A stretch of DNA of 32,000 nucleotides from positions 690,001-722,000 of the forward strand of contig OY969938.1 in NCBI GenBank assembly GCA_963704755.1. Reading direction: 5' to 3'. Below the pieces are notes generated by a model, which was not told the DNA's origin, ran no database searches, and worked only from the letters and a program-made list of their open reading frames with translations. Below are positions 18,101 to 25,869 of this stretch, one piece after another; the first letter of the stretch is position 1; the number at the start of each line of letters is the position of its first letter. Position numbers and translations under genes: made by a program. Source of the DNA: an uncultured Chloroflexia bacterium (GTDB taxonomy: Bacteria; Chloroflexota; Anaerolineae; Anaerolineales; Anaerolineaceae).

Positions 18101-20362
18101 CTGGTAGATCCCGCCGAACGGATCGTAATTATCCATCCTCAGGGGCAGGCCATCGTCCCAGCTCAATTCGTTTGCCGGCGCGCTGCCGTAAATCGCCAGC
18201 GCCCCCTGGCCCGAGACCATTTGCAGGTGGACGGTATAGGTCATGCCCTTGACCAGCGTAACCGGCGTGCCGAAGCTGACCTCGAAATTCTGCCCGCGCA
18301 GGTCCTGGGTGGTGCTGGTGAAATCACTGCTTATCTGGGCCGATGCCAGCGTCTTGGCCGAGCCGGATTCGGCAATGCTGATTTGCAGAGTCTTTTGGCC
18401 CGGGCCGGCTGCCAGGTCCACGGCCCTGAAAAGCTGCAAGCCCTGGATCGGCCCGTCCTGGTTGGCCTGGAACTGGATCTCCTGATCCTGGCCCGGACGG
18501 ACGGTGTCCATCAAAGGCGCGGTGGTCTGGACGGATTGGCCGGTCAGGCCGGTAATGGTCAGGCTCGCCGATCCGCTCAGGTTTAGCAAGCCCGCTTCGC
18601 TCGGATTGGAGATATCCACCCGGTAGGTCTGGCCTTTTTGTACCAGGATAGGTGTGGACAGGTTAATCTGGCGTTCGACATTCTGACCGGAAGAAAATAC
18701 GTCGCTGAGGGTGCCGTAGCCGCTGGAGCCGGTCGAGCCGTCCACCGCGCTGACGGTTACATCCAGGGTCTTTTGGTCCGGTTGGTTGAGCAGGTCTTCC
18801 ACACTGCCCAGGGTGACCGAGCTCAGCACCCCATCCTCCTGGGCGCTAAAGCTGATCGAGGTGCTCATCCCCGGCGCAAGGGTCAAGGATGGGTCGTAGG
18901 AAAGCGGTTGGCTGGTCGAGCCATCGGCATATTCGACCGTCACCGGGCCGGGTAGATTGGCGTAGATCCATTGGCTGGCAGCCACGCGCGTATTGGGTTG
19001 GATATAAATTCTGGTGAAAGCAAAGGCCCAGCCGGCCGTCGCCAGAAGTCCCAATGCACCGATGATTACAGCGGCGATCTTCCAGCCCCGCTGGGCCGGT
19101 TGGCCCGCTCGAATTTTGCGTACCGGCACATAATGCCATAACGTGTAAATGCCCCAGCCGGCCATCAACGCCAGGTTCGGGTAAATCGGTAGCTGGTAAC
19201 GCATGGTTGGGTTGCCCACCAGCGACTGCCAGATAAAGTAAGCCGCCGTCCAACCCCACAGAATAGCCGTCTTGGGCCATTCGCCTTTGATCATGCGCCA
19301 GCCCATCCACAAGAAACCGGCCCAGGCCAAAATACCCATCGGCCAGCCCATCCCCCACTGGACCATGTTCTGCAGCGAGAAGGTCACCGGGCGGCGCGCC
19401 CATTGCAGCGCAGGCGGGAAGTCAACATCACCGCTGGTCTGGGCAGCCAGGTCCTTCAGGTTTTGGATCCACTCCGGGTTGGGCAGGATATCGAAAAAGG
19501 AGGGTCCTTGAAAGGCATACGGCTGTAAGATGCGAAAGACCAGGAAGGCAGCGATGCCGCCCAGGATCAGTTCGCGCACCATCGCGGTCCAGTAGCGTTC
19601 ACGTTCGGCGCGCGGCAGCACCAGGATACGCACCAGCCAGGCTGCCGGGAGCAAAGCCGCCACCGGGGCCGTATTCACCTTGCAGGCCATGGCAATGCCA
19701 ACCGCCACGCCAAAGGCCAGGCTGGTGACCAGCGACTTCGAGCGGTACCATTTTCGTTCTGCCGGCTCTCGATATTGAATCGGTTGGGTCACCAGCACGG
19801 CGGCAAAAAACAAAGCCAGGGTGCTGAAAGTGGTTGCAAAAGAGTCGGAAGTGTAAAAATGCGACTGCTGGATTTGCATGACCGCCACGGCCGAAAAAGC
19901 CGCACCCAAAAGCCCCACCTTCTGGTTGAACAGGCGTTCACCGGTCAAAAAGATAAAGAAGATGGTCAGCAGGTCGAAGCAGGTCGAAAGCACCCGCCCA
20001 ATCATCAACGCCGAGCTCCAACTGCTGGCGCCATACAGCCACTGCATCAGGTAGCGGGTCAGGATCACCGGGAACGTGCCGTACACGAAGAAACCATGGC
20101 CGACGTTATTGGGATTCAAGGTCGAGATGGCCGTGTTGAAATACTCGGCGATGCTGTGGACGGGGCTCATATCGGCGGTCACCCAGACCAGGAAGCGCTC
20201 GTCCGGGTGCAAATACTGGAAATCGCCCCAAAAAATGCCGGAGAAACGGAAGTAGGCCGCGGCCGCCAGAATTAAAACCAGCACCAGGTCACCGATTAAT
20301 ATCTGGCGCTGGATGCGGTCTGACTTACTCGAAGAGATTTCGTCCATGGAGGATGTGGTCAT
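15098..20362 (-). CDS. Giant fusion membrane protein: N-terminal PMT_2/GT39-like GT-C module, tandem beta-rich extracytoplasmic repeats, C-terminal Chlor_Arch_YYY (DUF2298) module
   Basis: 1754 aa. The N-terminus has YLHPDERFLV, GRVLSTCFDLLTIFFIFLTGERLFNQKVGLLGAAF and IQQSHFYTSDSF, all PMT_2-like. Residues ~470-900 are hydrophilic and contain an internal duplication. Residues ~925-1754 repeat the YYY architecture: GGEKPMDFAYLNAVLKS, PWFSGSYINYYYYGFV, ITEFPNFTFLYADPHAH and the C-terminal SPVIVEASTGTYN...VGYIVVGQLER. The ATG overlaps the upstream stop (ATGA at 20359-20362). Confidence 0.85.
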   Translation of the reverse strand: MTTSSMDEISSSKSDRIQRQILIGDLVLVLILAAAAYFRFSGIFWGDFQYLHPDERFLVWVTADMSPVHSIAEYFNTAISTLNPNNVGHGFFVYGTFPVILTRYLMQWLYGASSWSSALMIGRVLSTCFDLLTIFFIFLTGERLFNQKVGLLGAAFSAVAVMQIQQSHFYTSDSFATTFSTLALFFAAVLVTQPIQYREPAERKWYRSKSLVTSLAFGVAVGIAMACKVNTAPVAALLPAAWLVRILVLPRAERERYWTAMVRELILGGIAAFLVFRILQPYAFQGPSFFDILPNPEWIQNLKDLAAQTSGDVDFPPALQWARRPVTFSLQNMVQWGMGWPMGILAWAGFLWMGWRMIKGEWPKTAILWGWTAAYFIWQSLVGNPTMRYQLPIYPNLALMAGWGIYTLWHYVPVRKIRAGQPAQRGWKIAAVIIGALGLLATAGWAFAFTRIYIQPNTRVAASQWIYANLPGPVTVEYADGSTSQPLSYDPSLTLAPGMSTSISFSAQEDGVLSSVTLGSVEDLLNQPDQKTLDVTVSAVDGSTGSSGYGTLSDVFSSGQNVERQINLSTPILVQKGQTYRVDISNPSEAGLLNLSGSASLTITGLTGQSVQTTAPLMDTVRPGQDQEIQFQANQDGPIQGLQLFRAVDLAAGPGQKTLQISIAESGSAKTLASAQISSDFTSTTQDLRGQNFEVSFGTPVTLVKGMTYTVHLQMVSGQGALAIYGSAPANELSWDDGLPLRMDNYDPFGGIYQNNLNFEMYYDDDQAKLQRFETTMDSADYIFISSNRQWGTTTRVEERYPLTSTYYRNLLGCPAEQDMLWCYRVAEPGMFQGDLGFQLVKVFESYPNIGPITINDQFAEEAFTVYDHPKVLIFKKTADYDSQKVASILGSVDLTSVVHVIPGEAPSYPANLDLPEDRLAVQQAGGTWSQIFDTNALFNRYPGLALIFWYLVITLMGWACYPLLRIAMHGLSDHGFPLARIFGMLLLSWLVWIAGSNGISFSRLTISIAFLILLVANLGLAFWQRGELLDEIKSRKRYFLTVEILSLVLFLVFVGVRFGNPDLWHPYFGGEKPMDFAYLNAVLKSTTFPPYNPWFSGSYINYYYYGFVLVGVPIKWLGIVPSIAYNLFMPTIAATIAFGAFSLGWNLVKGLRRTPAEQELAEPWLHRDKLPLMGGLSAAAGTIILGNLGTIRMIWQGLMRLAAPGGSIDGGSLFAQISWMFQGLVAVLQGARLPYGIGDWYWIPSRALPGSAITEFPNFTFLYADPHAHFYALPLTILALAWALGLVFRQWRWSLDEKGKAWLPFLATIFVGALAIFSLRPTNTWDFPTYLAIGGVAIFYGGMRYIRPPQRFLSDLPEWARKLLITLGVLALFYLVGSLLFRPFTQWYALGYNKIDLAHDEKTPFDSYIIHWGVFLTVIISWMVSETVDWMASTPLSSLNKLRPYRNWLGIGLAAYLVAAIYLTIYGIGIAWFTVTLAVWCLVLLLRPAMPDAKRFVLFLIGTADILTLAVDLIVIEGAGRMNTVFKFYLQAWVLFAISAAASLTWLIPSVMKVWRPNLRRVWAGAVSVLVACALLYPFTAGLSKIDDRMSSLAPHTLDGMAYMQTSVYSSAWGQLGLSEDYAGIRWMQENVQGSPVIVEASTGTYNWGSRFSIYTGLPTIIGWDVHESQQRAVLTSNLVGERMAEVQNFYETPNREIAQAFLKKYNVGYIVVGQLERDYYNAIGLSKFDQLDGDLWKKVFQDGDTSIYEVLK

Positions 20363-22596
20363 GGCCTGGTTGGTGGAACGTAATACTCCAAAAAGTCCTT
20401 CCCGGGCAGGTTGGCTTTATACAGATAGAGGGATCCATCCGGATAGAGGGTCTCCAAGTCCTGAACCGTTTCGCTATCCTGGGTATCCACAATGAATAAT
20501 TTTTCACGGGTGTCCGCCAGGGTGGTATCCAGGGCCGAGCGGTCGAGGGCAAAATCGCGCACACCGTAGCCGGCTTCGATCCCGACCAGGCGGGTGTCCA
20601 CCCAATAGGGGTAAGGGATCACGTAGGCCGTATCCGGGCTGCCGACTGAATCGGCAAAGCTGCGGATGACGTGGCCGAGATCCGAGGTGTTCCAGACTCC
20701 ACTCAGGAATTCCTGGCTGTATTGGCGGAAGACCAGGTCGAAATTCTGCGAGGCGGAAACGAACACCAGGCCCACCACCAGCACGCTGGGGACGATCACG
20801 CGCATTTTCCCGGCCAGGCGCTCTCTTAGGGCCGAATAGATACTTTCGATCCCGTAAGCCGCCAGGATAAACACAGGCACAATCGCAGCCCCGGTCCGGT
20901 TGAGCGACGGGTTTTCATCCGGGAAGGCCAGCGAAAGGATCGAGGGCAGCATAAGCAAAGGGATCGAAAGCAGCATAAACAGGTCGATCCAGTTGTGTTT
21001 ACGCAGGTAACGTACCACCACCAGCACCAACCCCAGGAAGAATAACGCCGCTCCGATCACGTCCAGGGCCGGCCGGTAGGGCACCGAATGGACCCAGATC
21101 TGGCCATCGTTATAAAAAAACATGACCAGCGAATTCCACAGGTTTTTCAGGAAGATCACCACAATCGAACCGGGATAAGCCGATTCGGTATTGGTGGTGC
21201 GGGTCAGCACCCGGTACCAGAACATCTCCGGGTTATCCAGCATGTAGCGGAACAACGGTAGAAAGATCGCCAGGGAGACGGAGGTCAGGATGACCAGCCC
21301 ACTGATGGTTTCCTTACGGTTACCCTGAGCAGCACGGTGCAGCAGATAAACGCCGATGCAAACGACCAGCACAAGCGGCATGATCCGCGCCGAGGTATAA
21401 CCGTGCAGCCCCATCCCCAGGGCGATGCCCGACCAGATGAAGTCGTTACGCTGGCGCCGGCGCAGCCCGCGGATGAGGTAATACAGGGCCGGGGCGGCGA
21501 ACAGCGGGTAAAGCGGAAAGCGCAGCCCAACCCGTGAAATCACGTTTGGCCAGTAGGCGATCCCGGCCAGCAAAAAGGCCAGCAAACCAACCCGGCGGTT
21601 GCCCAACTCTTTGCCCAGCAAGTAGATGTACGGCAGGGTGAAGAATCCGGCCAGCGTGGTCCCGATTTTCAGGGTCAGGAAAGAGATCTTGGTGCCAAAG
21701 ACAATCGCGACCAGGGCGCACATATACATCTGGATGGCTTCCCGGCCGGTGTTGCGCGGGAAGAAAATCGAAAACTTACCGGAAAGGACGTCGCTGATAT
21801 CCAGCAATTTCTCGGCGTGGTCGCTGAACATTTCGCCCGGCACCTGCGCCAGGTGATAGAAACGAAAAAATGCCACCACAGCCACGCACAAAACTACCAG
21901 CAGAGTCCAGCGGTCGATTTTAAGCGACCAGGAAGGCTTCCGGTAGAAAGAGCGCGCGCGGGCAACCAGCGATAGCCGGTTGTTTTCCGGCAGGTAAAAC
22001 CCATAGATGAGAAAAACCAGCCCGGACAGCCACAGCGTCAGGTTGAGGGCGGTAAAGCGGTTCCCACCAAACAGGCCGAACGACGCCAGCAGCAAGACGA
22101 CCGCGATATAGATCGGCATCCGTTTTACCGACAGGCCGAATGGTTTCGCCGAAAACTCGGGCAGGTCGTCGAAAGCCCATTCCCGCCGAACAATTCCAAG
22201 GACGGCAAAGGCCGCCGCCAGGATATACAGCAGTACCGCCGGGAGGATCTTCTGGTCGGGCGGCTCCATTTGCAATTGGGCCGCGATTGCCAGTACTAAG
22301 GCCAGCAGGATGGACCAGGGAAACCCCTTCCGGCCCTCGCGCTCGTCCGCCGGCAGGCTTACAGGCTCGATTTCCCCTTCATTCGCCGGCTCTTCCGGCA
22401 ACTCTTCTGAATTATCCAGCAAGGCTTCGGCCCAGGCCGGCCTTTCCATTTCAAGCGGCTGGTTGTGCAGTTCCGCCGGCGCTTCGTCCTGTGGCTCGCT
22501 GGGAATAACCGGTGGTTTACCCTTCCAGGGTGTCAGTAAGGCTTTTATGTAGTCGAGTACACTCGGTTCTTTCATAATAAATGAGTATTCCAGCAC
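20359..22596 (-). CDS. ArnT/PMT_2-like (GT-C fold) polytopic glycosyltransferase with acidic N-terminal extension
   Basis: 745 aa. FRFYHLAQVPGEMFSDHAEKLLD (first-loop acidic motif) and TTLAGFFTLPYIYLLGKELGNRRVGLLAFLLAGIAYWP are typical of PMT_2/ArnT-like proteins. About 13 helices and a ~120-aa soluble C-terminus. The start is uncertain: GTG 22596 from the track, or ATG 22575 (MKEPSVLDY). Neither has a clear SD. Confidence 0.72.
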   Translation of the reverse strand: MLEYSFIMKEPSVLDYIKALLTPWKGKPPVIPSEPQDEAPAELHNQPLEMERPAWAEALLDNSEELPEEPANEGEIEPVSLPADEREGRKGFPWSILLALVLAIAAQLQMEPPDQKILPAVLLYILAAAFAVLGIVRREWAFDDLPEFSAKPFGLSVKRMPIYIAVVLLLASFGLFGGNRFTALNLTLWLSGLVFLIYGFYLPENNRLSLVARARSFYRKPSWSLKIDRWTLLVVLCVAVVAFFRFYHLAQVPGEMFSDHAEKLLDISDVLSGKFSIFFPRNTGREAIQMYMCALVAIVFGTKISFLTLKIGTTLAGFFTLPYIYLLGKELGNRRVGLLAFLLAGIAYWPNVISRVGLRFPLYPLFAAPALYYLIRGLRRRQRNDFIWSGIALGMGLHGYTSARIMPLVLVVCIGVYLLHRAAQGNRKETISGLVILTSVSLAIFLPLFRYMLDNPEMFWYRVLTRTTNTESAYPGSIVVIFLKNLWNSLVMFFYNDGQIWVHSVPYRPALDVIGAALFFLGLVLVVVRYLRKHNWIDLFMLLSIPLLMLPSILSLAFPDENPSLNRTGAAIVPVFILAAYGIESIYSALRERLAGKMRVIVPSVLVVGLVFVSASQNFDLVFRQYSQEFLSGVWNTSDLGHVIRSFADSVGSPDTAYVIPYPYWVDTRLVGIEAGYGVRDFALDRSALDTTLADTREKLFIVDTQDSETVQDLETLYPDGSLYLYKANLPGKDFLEYYVPPTRP

Positions 22597-22617
22597 ATTC
22601 GAGTTTGCTGAAAATAT

Positions 22618-22629
22618 CCTTCGCGAAGG
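22618..22629. promoter_or_regulatory. Perfect 12-bp palindrome CCTTCGCGAAGG in the only sizeable gap of the glycan locus
   Basis: Read directly from the sequence. It lies 22 nt upstream of the GTG at 22596 and is followed on the minus strand by ATATTTTC. It could be an operator or a weak stem-loop. No family recognised. Confidence 0.3.
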
Positions 22630-22803
22630 TTGATTCCGGCCAGCTCAATGGTAATCGAATTCTTATTCCTCTGCCAACCTAAATCAGGGCTAAAACAATT
22701 CATCAGGCTCGTTGAAGATATTTCCGCATAGAGTTATTTGCAGTGCTTCACCGCGCAATCTACTCTATTCGGGGTTCTTACCCATTCAATTGAGCAATTA
22801 CAG

Positions 22804-23616
22804 CTAAGCAGCCTTGCGCCGGGTGATGTAGAAAGAATAAGAACCGTCCGGTACTTGCTTTGGCTCATCATAATAGGGCTGGCAAATCTGCCGGGTGAGG
22901 GCCAGGTTCCAGGGCACCGGCGCCAGGATCCACTTGCGGAATAAGAAGTGGCTGACGAGCGATGGCAGGCCAAAATAGTGGCCCCATTCCAGCACCGACA
23001 GCGCCTGGGGAGAAAAGTAATGCCACCAGTTTTCGATTTCGAAACCGGCTTTTTCCAGGCGAACCCGCCAGGTCTCGGGGTCGTCGCAGTGGTGGTGGCG
23101 CGAAATCCGGATGAAAAAATTACGGTAAGCCCGGGCCATTCCGTGCAAGCCAACCTTGTCCATCAGGCGGGCAAAAGACAGGTTGGGCAGGAAATTCTGG
23201 TTGGGCACACAGAAAATGAACGGCGCGCCAGGTTTGAGCACCCGGGCGACTTCCGCTAACACTGGGTCGAGTTCGGGAATATGCTCCAACACCGAATTGC
23301 TGACCGCGCTGCCGAAATACTGGCTGGGGAAAGGCAGCCGGTCCCCTGCTCCCTGGATCACCTCGTGGTAACCGCCTCGTTTTCCGGCTTGACGGACCGG
23401 TCCGGTCCATGGATCCAGGCCCACGTCCAACGGGTGATCGAAGGCAATGGTCGCAAAATGGCCATCGCCGCAGCCCAGGTCGAAGACCGGCCCAGGCAGC
23501 TCGATGTCGCGGTAAACTCGCGCTTCAACCGCGCGCAGTAGCCCGCGGAAATAGGGCAAATCCTTGATTTGTAGCCACAGGTAATCTTTTACCGGCGGAG
23601 TAGTTGTGGTTTGCAA
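22804..23616 (-). CDS. Class I SAM-dependent methyltransferase (Methyltransf_11-like)
   Basis: 270 aa. Motif I is VFDLGCGDGHF, followed by LPFPSQYFGSAVSNSVLEHI and LKPGAPFIF. The TTG start at 23616 has GGAGGG 7 nt upstream. Confidence 0.82.
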   Translation of the reverse strand: MQTTTTPPVKDYLWLQIKDLPYFRGLLRAVEARVYRDIELPGPVFDLGCGDGHFATIAFDHPLDVGLDPWTGPVRQAGKRGGYHEVIQGAGDRLPFPSQYFGSAVSNSVLEHIPELDPVLAEVARVLKPGAPFIFCVPNQNFLPNLSFARLMDKVGLHGMARAYRNFFIRISRHHHCDDPETWRVRLEKAGFEIENWWHYFSPQALSVLEWGHYFGLPSLVSHFLFRKWILAPVPWNLALTRQICQPYYDEPKQVPDGSYSFYITRRKAA

Positions 23617-23639
23617 ATAATATCCCTCCGAAATCCGGC

Positions 23640-24806
23640 TTAATGGGCAATCTGCTGCTGAATTTCGCTAAACAATTTTTCGTATTCGATGGCGATGTTA
23701 TCCGGCACGTAGGTCTGGCGGATCGGCTCTGGGTCGCGGATGAAAGCGGATCGGTTGGCAAAAATTTCCAGCAGCGAATTGGCCAGGGCATTTGAATCGC
23801 CGATCGGAATGATCTTACCCATCTGGTGGTTCAGTACCGGCTGGCGCACCCCGGGCAGATTCGAGGCAACACAGGGCGTTCCGTTCAACATGGCTTCGAT
23901 TTGCACCAACCCGAAGGCCTCGGTCGAATTTAGCGATGGCAGTACCAGTGCGTCCAGGTTGGGATAAAACCGGGCCATATCAGCCGGGTCCAGGTTGCCC
24001 AGGAAAATCCAGTTGCCGCTGACCTGGTAGCCGTTGATCTTGGGGACCAGGCGGGCTAAGTAAGCCTCTTCGCCAATAATATTCTGAAATGCACCGGCGA
24101 ACTGGACCTGCGCCTGCGGGTAAGCTTCCAGGATTTTCGGCAGTGCGTCCAGCAGTACTTCCACCCCTTTTTCGGTGGCAAATCGGGCGGCCATACCGAT
24201 GACCGGATGCTGGCCTTTCGGGTTCGTTTTGAGGCGAAAGGCCTGAACCAATTCTGGTTCAACTTCAGGCAGAACCACCGGCGGCGGAATAACCCTTAGT
24301 TTATCCAGGTAACGTTTCAAATAGCTCGAATTCTCGGCATAATCCCGCGTATACGTCACGATCCGGTGGGTAAAACGGGCAGCCAGCTCGTTCATTAGCA
24401 GAACGCCCTGGTTGGCGGCCCAACTGAGCAGCCCGCGCGGCATGCGCAGGTCACAATGATAAGTAATCACGGTCGGTTTGTGCTGCAGCCGCCCGCGTAA
24501 GGCTACCCCGGCCGCGTCGAACTGTGGCAGGTGAAGTTGAATCCAATCGTTTTCTTTGACCAGCCGGTTGGCGATGAAGCCAAACTGAGGCATGATCACG
24601 CCTTTGCTCAGGTGGATCAGAACCGGCACACGGATGATCCGCACACCATCGACCGTCTCTTCGCGCGGTAATTCAGGGTTGAATTGCGAAGTCATCACGG
24701 TGACTTCATGGCCCCTTTCGACCCAGGCTTTTGCCAATCGTTCCGCGTAAATTGTCAGGCCGGAAGTGTGCGGCCTGTAATAGGTAAGGACAATGAGAAT
24801 ACGCAT
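23640..24806 (-). CDS. GT4-family (GT-B fold) glycosyltransferase
   Basis: 388 aa. The N-terminus MRILIVLTYYRPHTSGLTIYAERLAKAWVERGHEVTVMT is typical of WcaI/WbuB-like GT4 enzymes. The E-x7-E motif is EAFGLVQIEAM. Confidence 0.88.
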   Translation of the reverse strand: MRILIVLTYYRPHTSGLTIYAERLAKAWVERGHEVTVMTSQFNPELPREETVDGVRIIRVPVLIHLSKGVIMPQFGFIANRLVKENDWIQLHLPQFDAAGVALRGRLQHKPTVITYHCDLRMPRGLLSWAANQGVLLMNELAARFTHRIVTYTRDYAENSSYLKRYLDKLRVIPPPVVLPEVEPELVQAFRLKTNPKGQHPVIGMAARFATEKGVEVLLDALPKILEAYPQAQVQFAGAFQNIIGEEAYLARLVPKINGYQVSGNWIFLGNLDPADMARFYPNLDALVLPSLNSTEAFGLVQIEAMLNGTPCVASNLPGVRQPVLNHQMGKIIPIGDSNALANSLLEIFANRSAFIRDPEPIRQTYVPDNIAIEYEKLFSEIQQQIAH

Positions 24807-24816
24807 ACCGCTACTC

Positions 24817-25842
24817 TTAGAACAGGCCCTGATTGGCTTTTACCCATTCGTACAAACGGGTTACACCTTCTTCGGCATTCACCTTCGGTGTCCAGCCCAG
24901 TACGCGTTCCGCCTTGCGAATATCGGAAACGTATACACGCTGGTCGCCCGGCCGCCAATCCGCAAAGTTGATCGAGATCTTCCTCCCGGCCAGCTTCTCC
25001 AGCATCGGGCCAAACTCGCTCCAGACCGACATGGTGAAGGCCGAGCCGCCGCCTACATTGAATACTTCTCCGGCTGTCTGGTTTGCATGGGCGATCGCTT
25101 TGTCGTAAGCGTTGCACAGGTCGTCGATGAACAACACATCGCGGACCTGTTTGCCATCGCCATAAATCGAAATAGGCACACCCTTCACCGCAGCGATGAT
25201 AAACCAGGCTACCCAGCCCTGGTCTTCGATGCCGAATTGGCGCAGCCCATAAATACAGCTCTGGCGTAATACGACCGATTTAAGCCCGTAAATGCGCGAA
25301 TAATCGCGCACGTACTGGTCGCCGCTGCCTTTCGAGCAGCCGTAAGGTGAATGGAAATCCAGCCCACGCTCTTCGGACATCCCGAAGGGAAAGTCTCGGT
25401 AAGAATAACGGGTCTCGTCTTCCACGATGGCGACATCTTCCATCCCGCCATAAACCTTATTGGTGGAAGAGTACAGAAAAACCGGTTCGCGGCCGGAAAG
25501 CCGGGCCGCTTCCAGGGTGTTAAATGTACCTTGTGCATTTATCTCGAAATCATTGCGCGGATCGGTTACCGAAGTGGTCACGGCGACCTGGGCGGCCAGG
25601 TGGACGATCACGTCGGCACCTTCAGCGGCCTGGCGAATTTTATCCGCATCGCGCACGTCACCAATGACCAGCTCGAACGCATCCGCACCATATTGAGCGC
25701 GTAACCATTCCAGGTTTCGTTTGGAGCCAGCTCTGGATAAATTATCAAAAACAATTACTTTTTCGTTGCGTTCCAATAACCTGGAAACGTAATTCGAGCC
25801 GATAAACCCCGCCCCCCCGGTAACAAGATATTGTGTCGGCAT
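24817..25842 (-). CDS. NAD-dependent sugar epimerase/dehydratase (extended SDR), CDP-paratose 2-epimerase (RfbE)-like
   Basis: 341 aa. The Rossmann motif is VTGGAGFIGSNY and the catalytic motif SPYGCSKGSGDQY (YxxxK). The blocks FDNLSRAGSKRNLEWL, SSTNKVYG, LDFHSPYGCSKG, RQFGIEDQGWVAWF, GDGKQVRDVLFIDD and GDQRVYVSDIRKA...WTPKV parallel my memory of Salmonella RfbE. GGGAGG lies 7 nt upstream of the ATG. Confidence 0.85.
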   Translation of the reverse strand: MPTQYLVTGGAGFIGSNYVSRLLERNEKVIVFDNLSRAGSKRNLEWLRAQYGADAFELVIGDVRDADKIRQAAEGADVIVHLAAQVAVTTSVTDPRNDFEINAQGTFNTLEAARLSGREPVFLYSSTNKVYGGMEDVAIVEDETRYSYRDFPFGMSEERGLDFHSPYGCSKGSGDQYVRDYSRIYGLKSVVLRQSCIYGLRQFGIEDQGWVAWFIIAAVKGVPISIYGDGKQVRDVLFIDDLCNAYDKAIAHANQTAGEVFNVGGGSAFTMSVWSEFGPMLEKLAGRKISINFADWRPGDQRVYVSDIRKAERVLGWTPKVNAEEGVTRLYEWVKANQGLF

Positions 25843-25869
25843 TCAAAGACCTCCCGAACAACTATGAAA

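Noticed and set aside
15134-20564. Numerous 60-190-aa alternative-frame ORFs inside the giant gene (for example 18846..19403, 19775..20275, 18221..18586)
   Set aside because: These are typical GC-rich shadow ORFs with Arg/Gly/Pro-rich translations and no SDs. All are nested in a 5.3-kb frame whose product has coherent domain architecture and a paralogue nearby.
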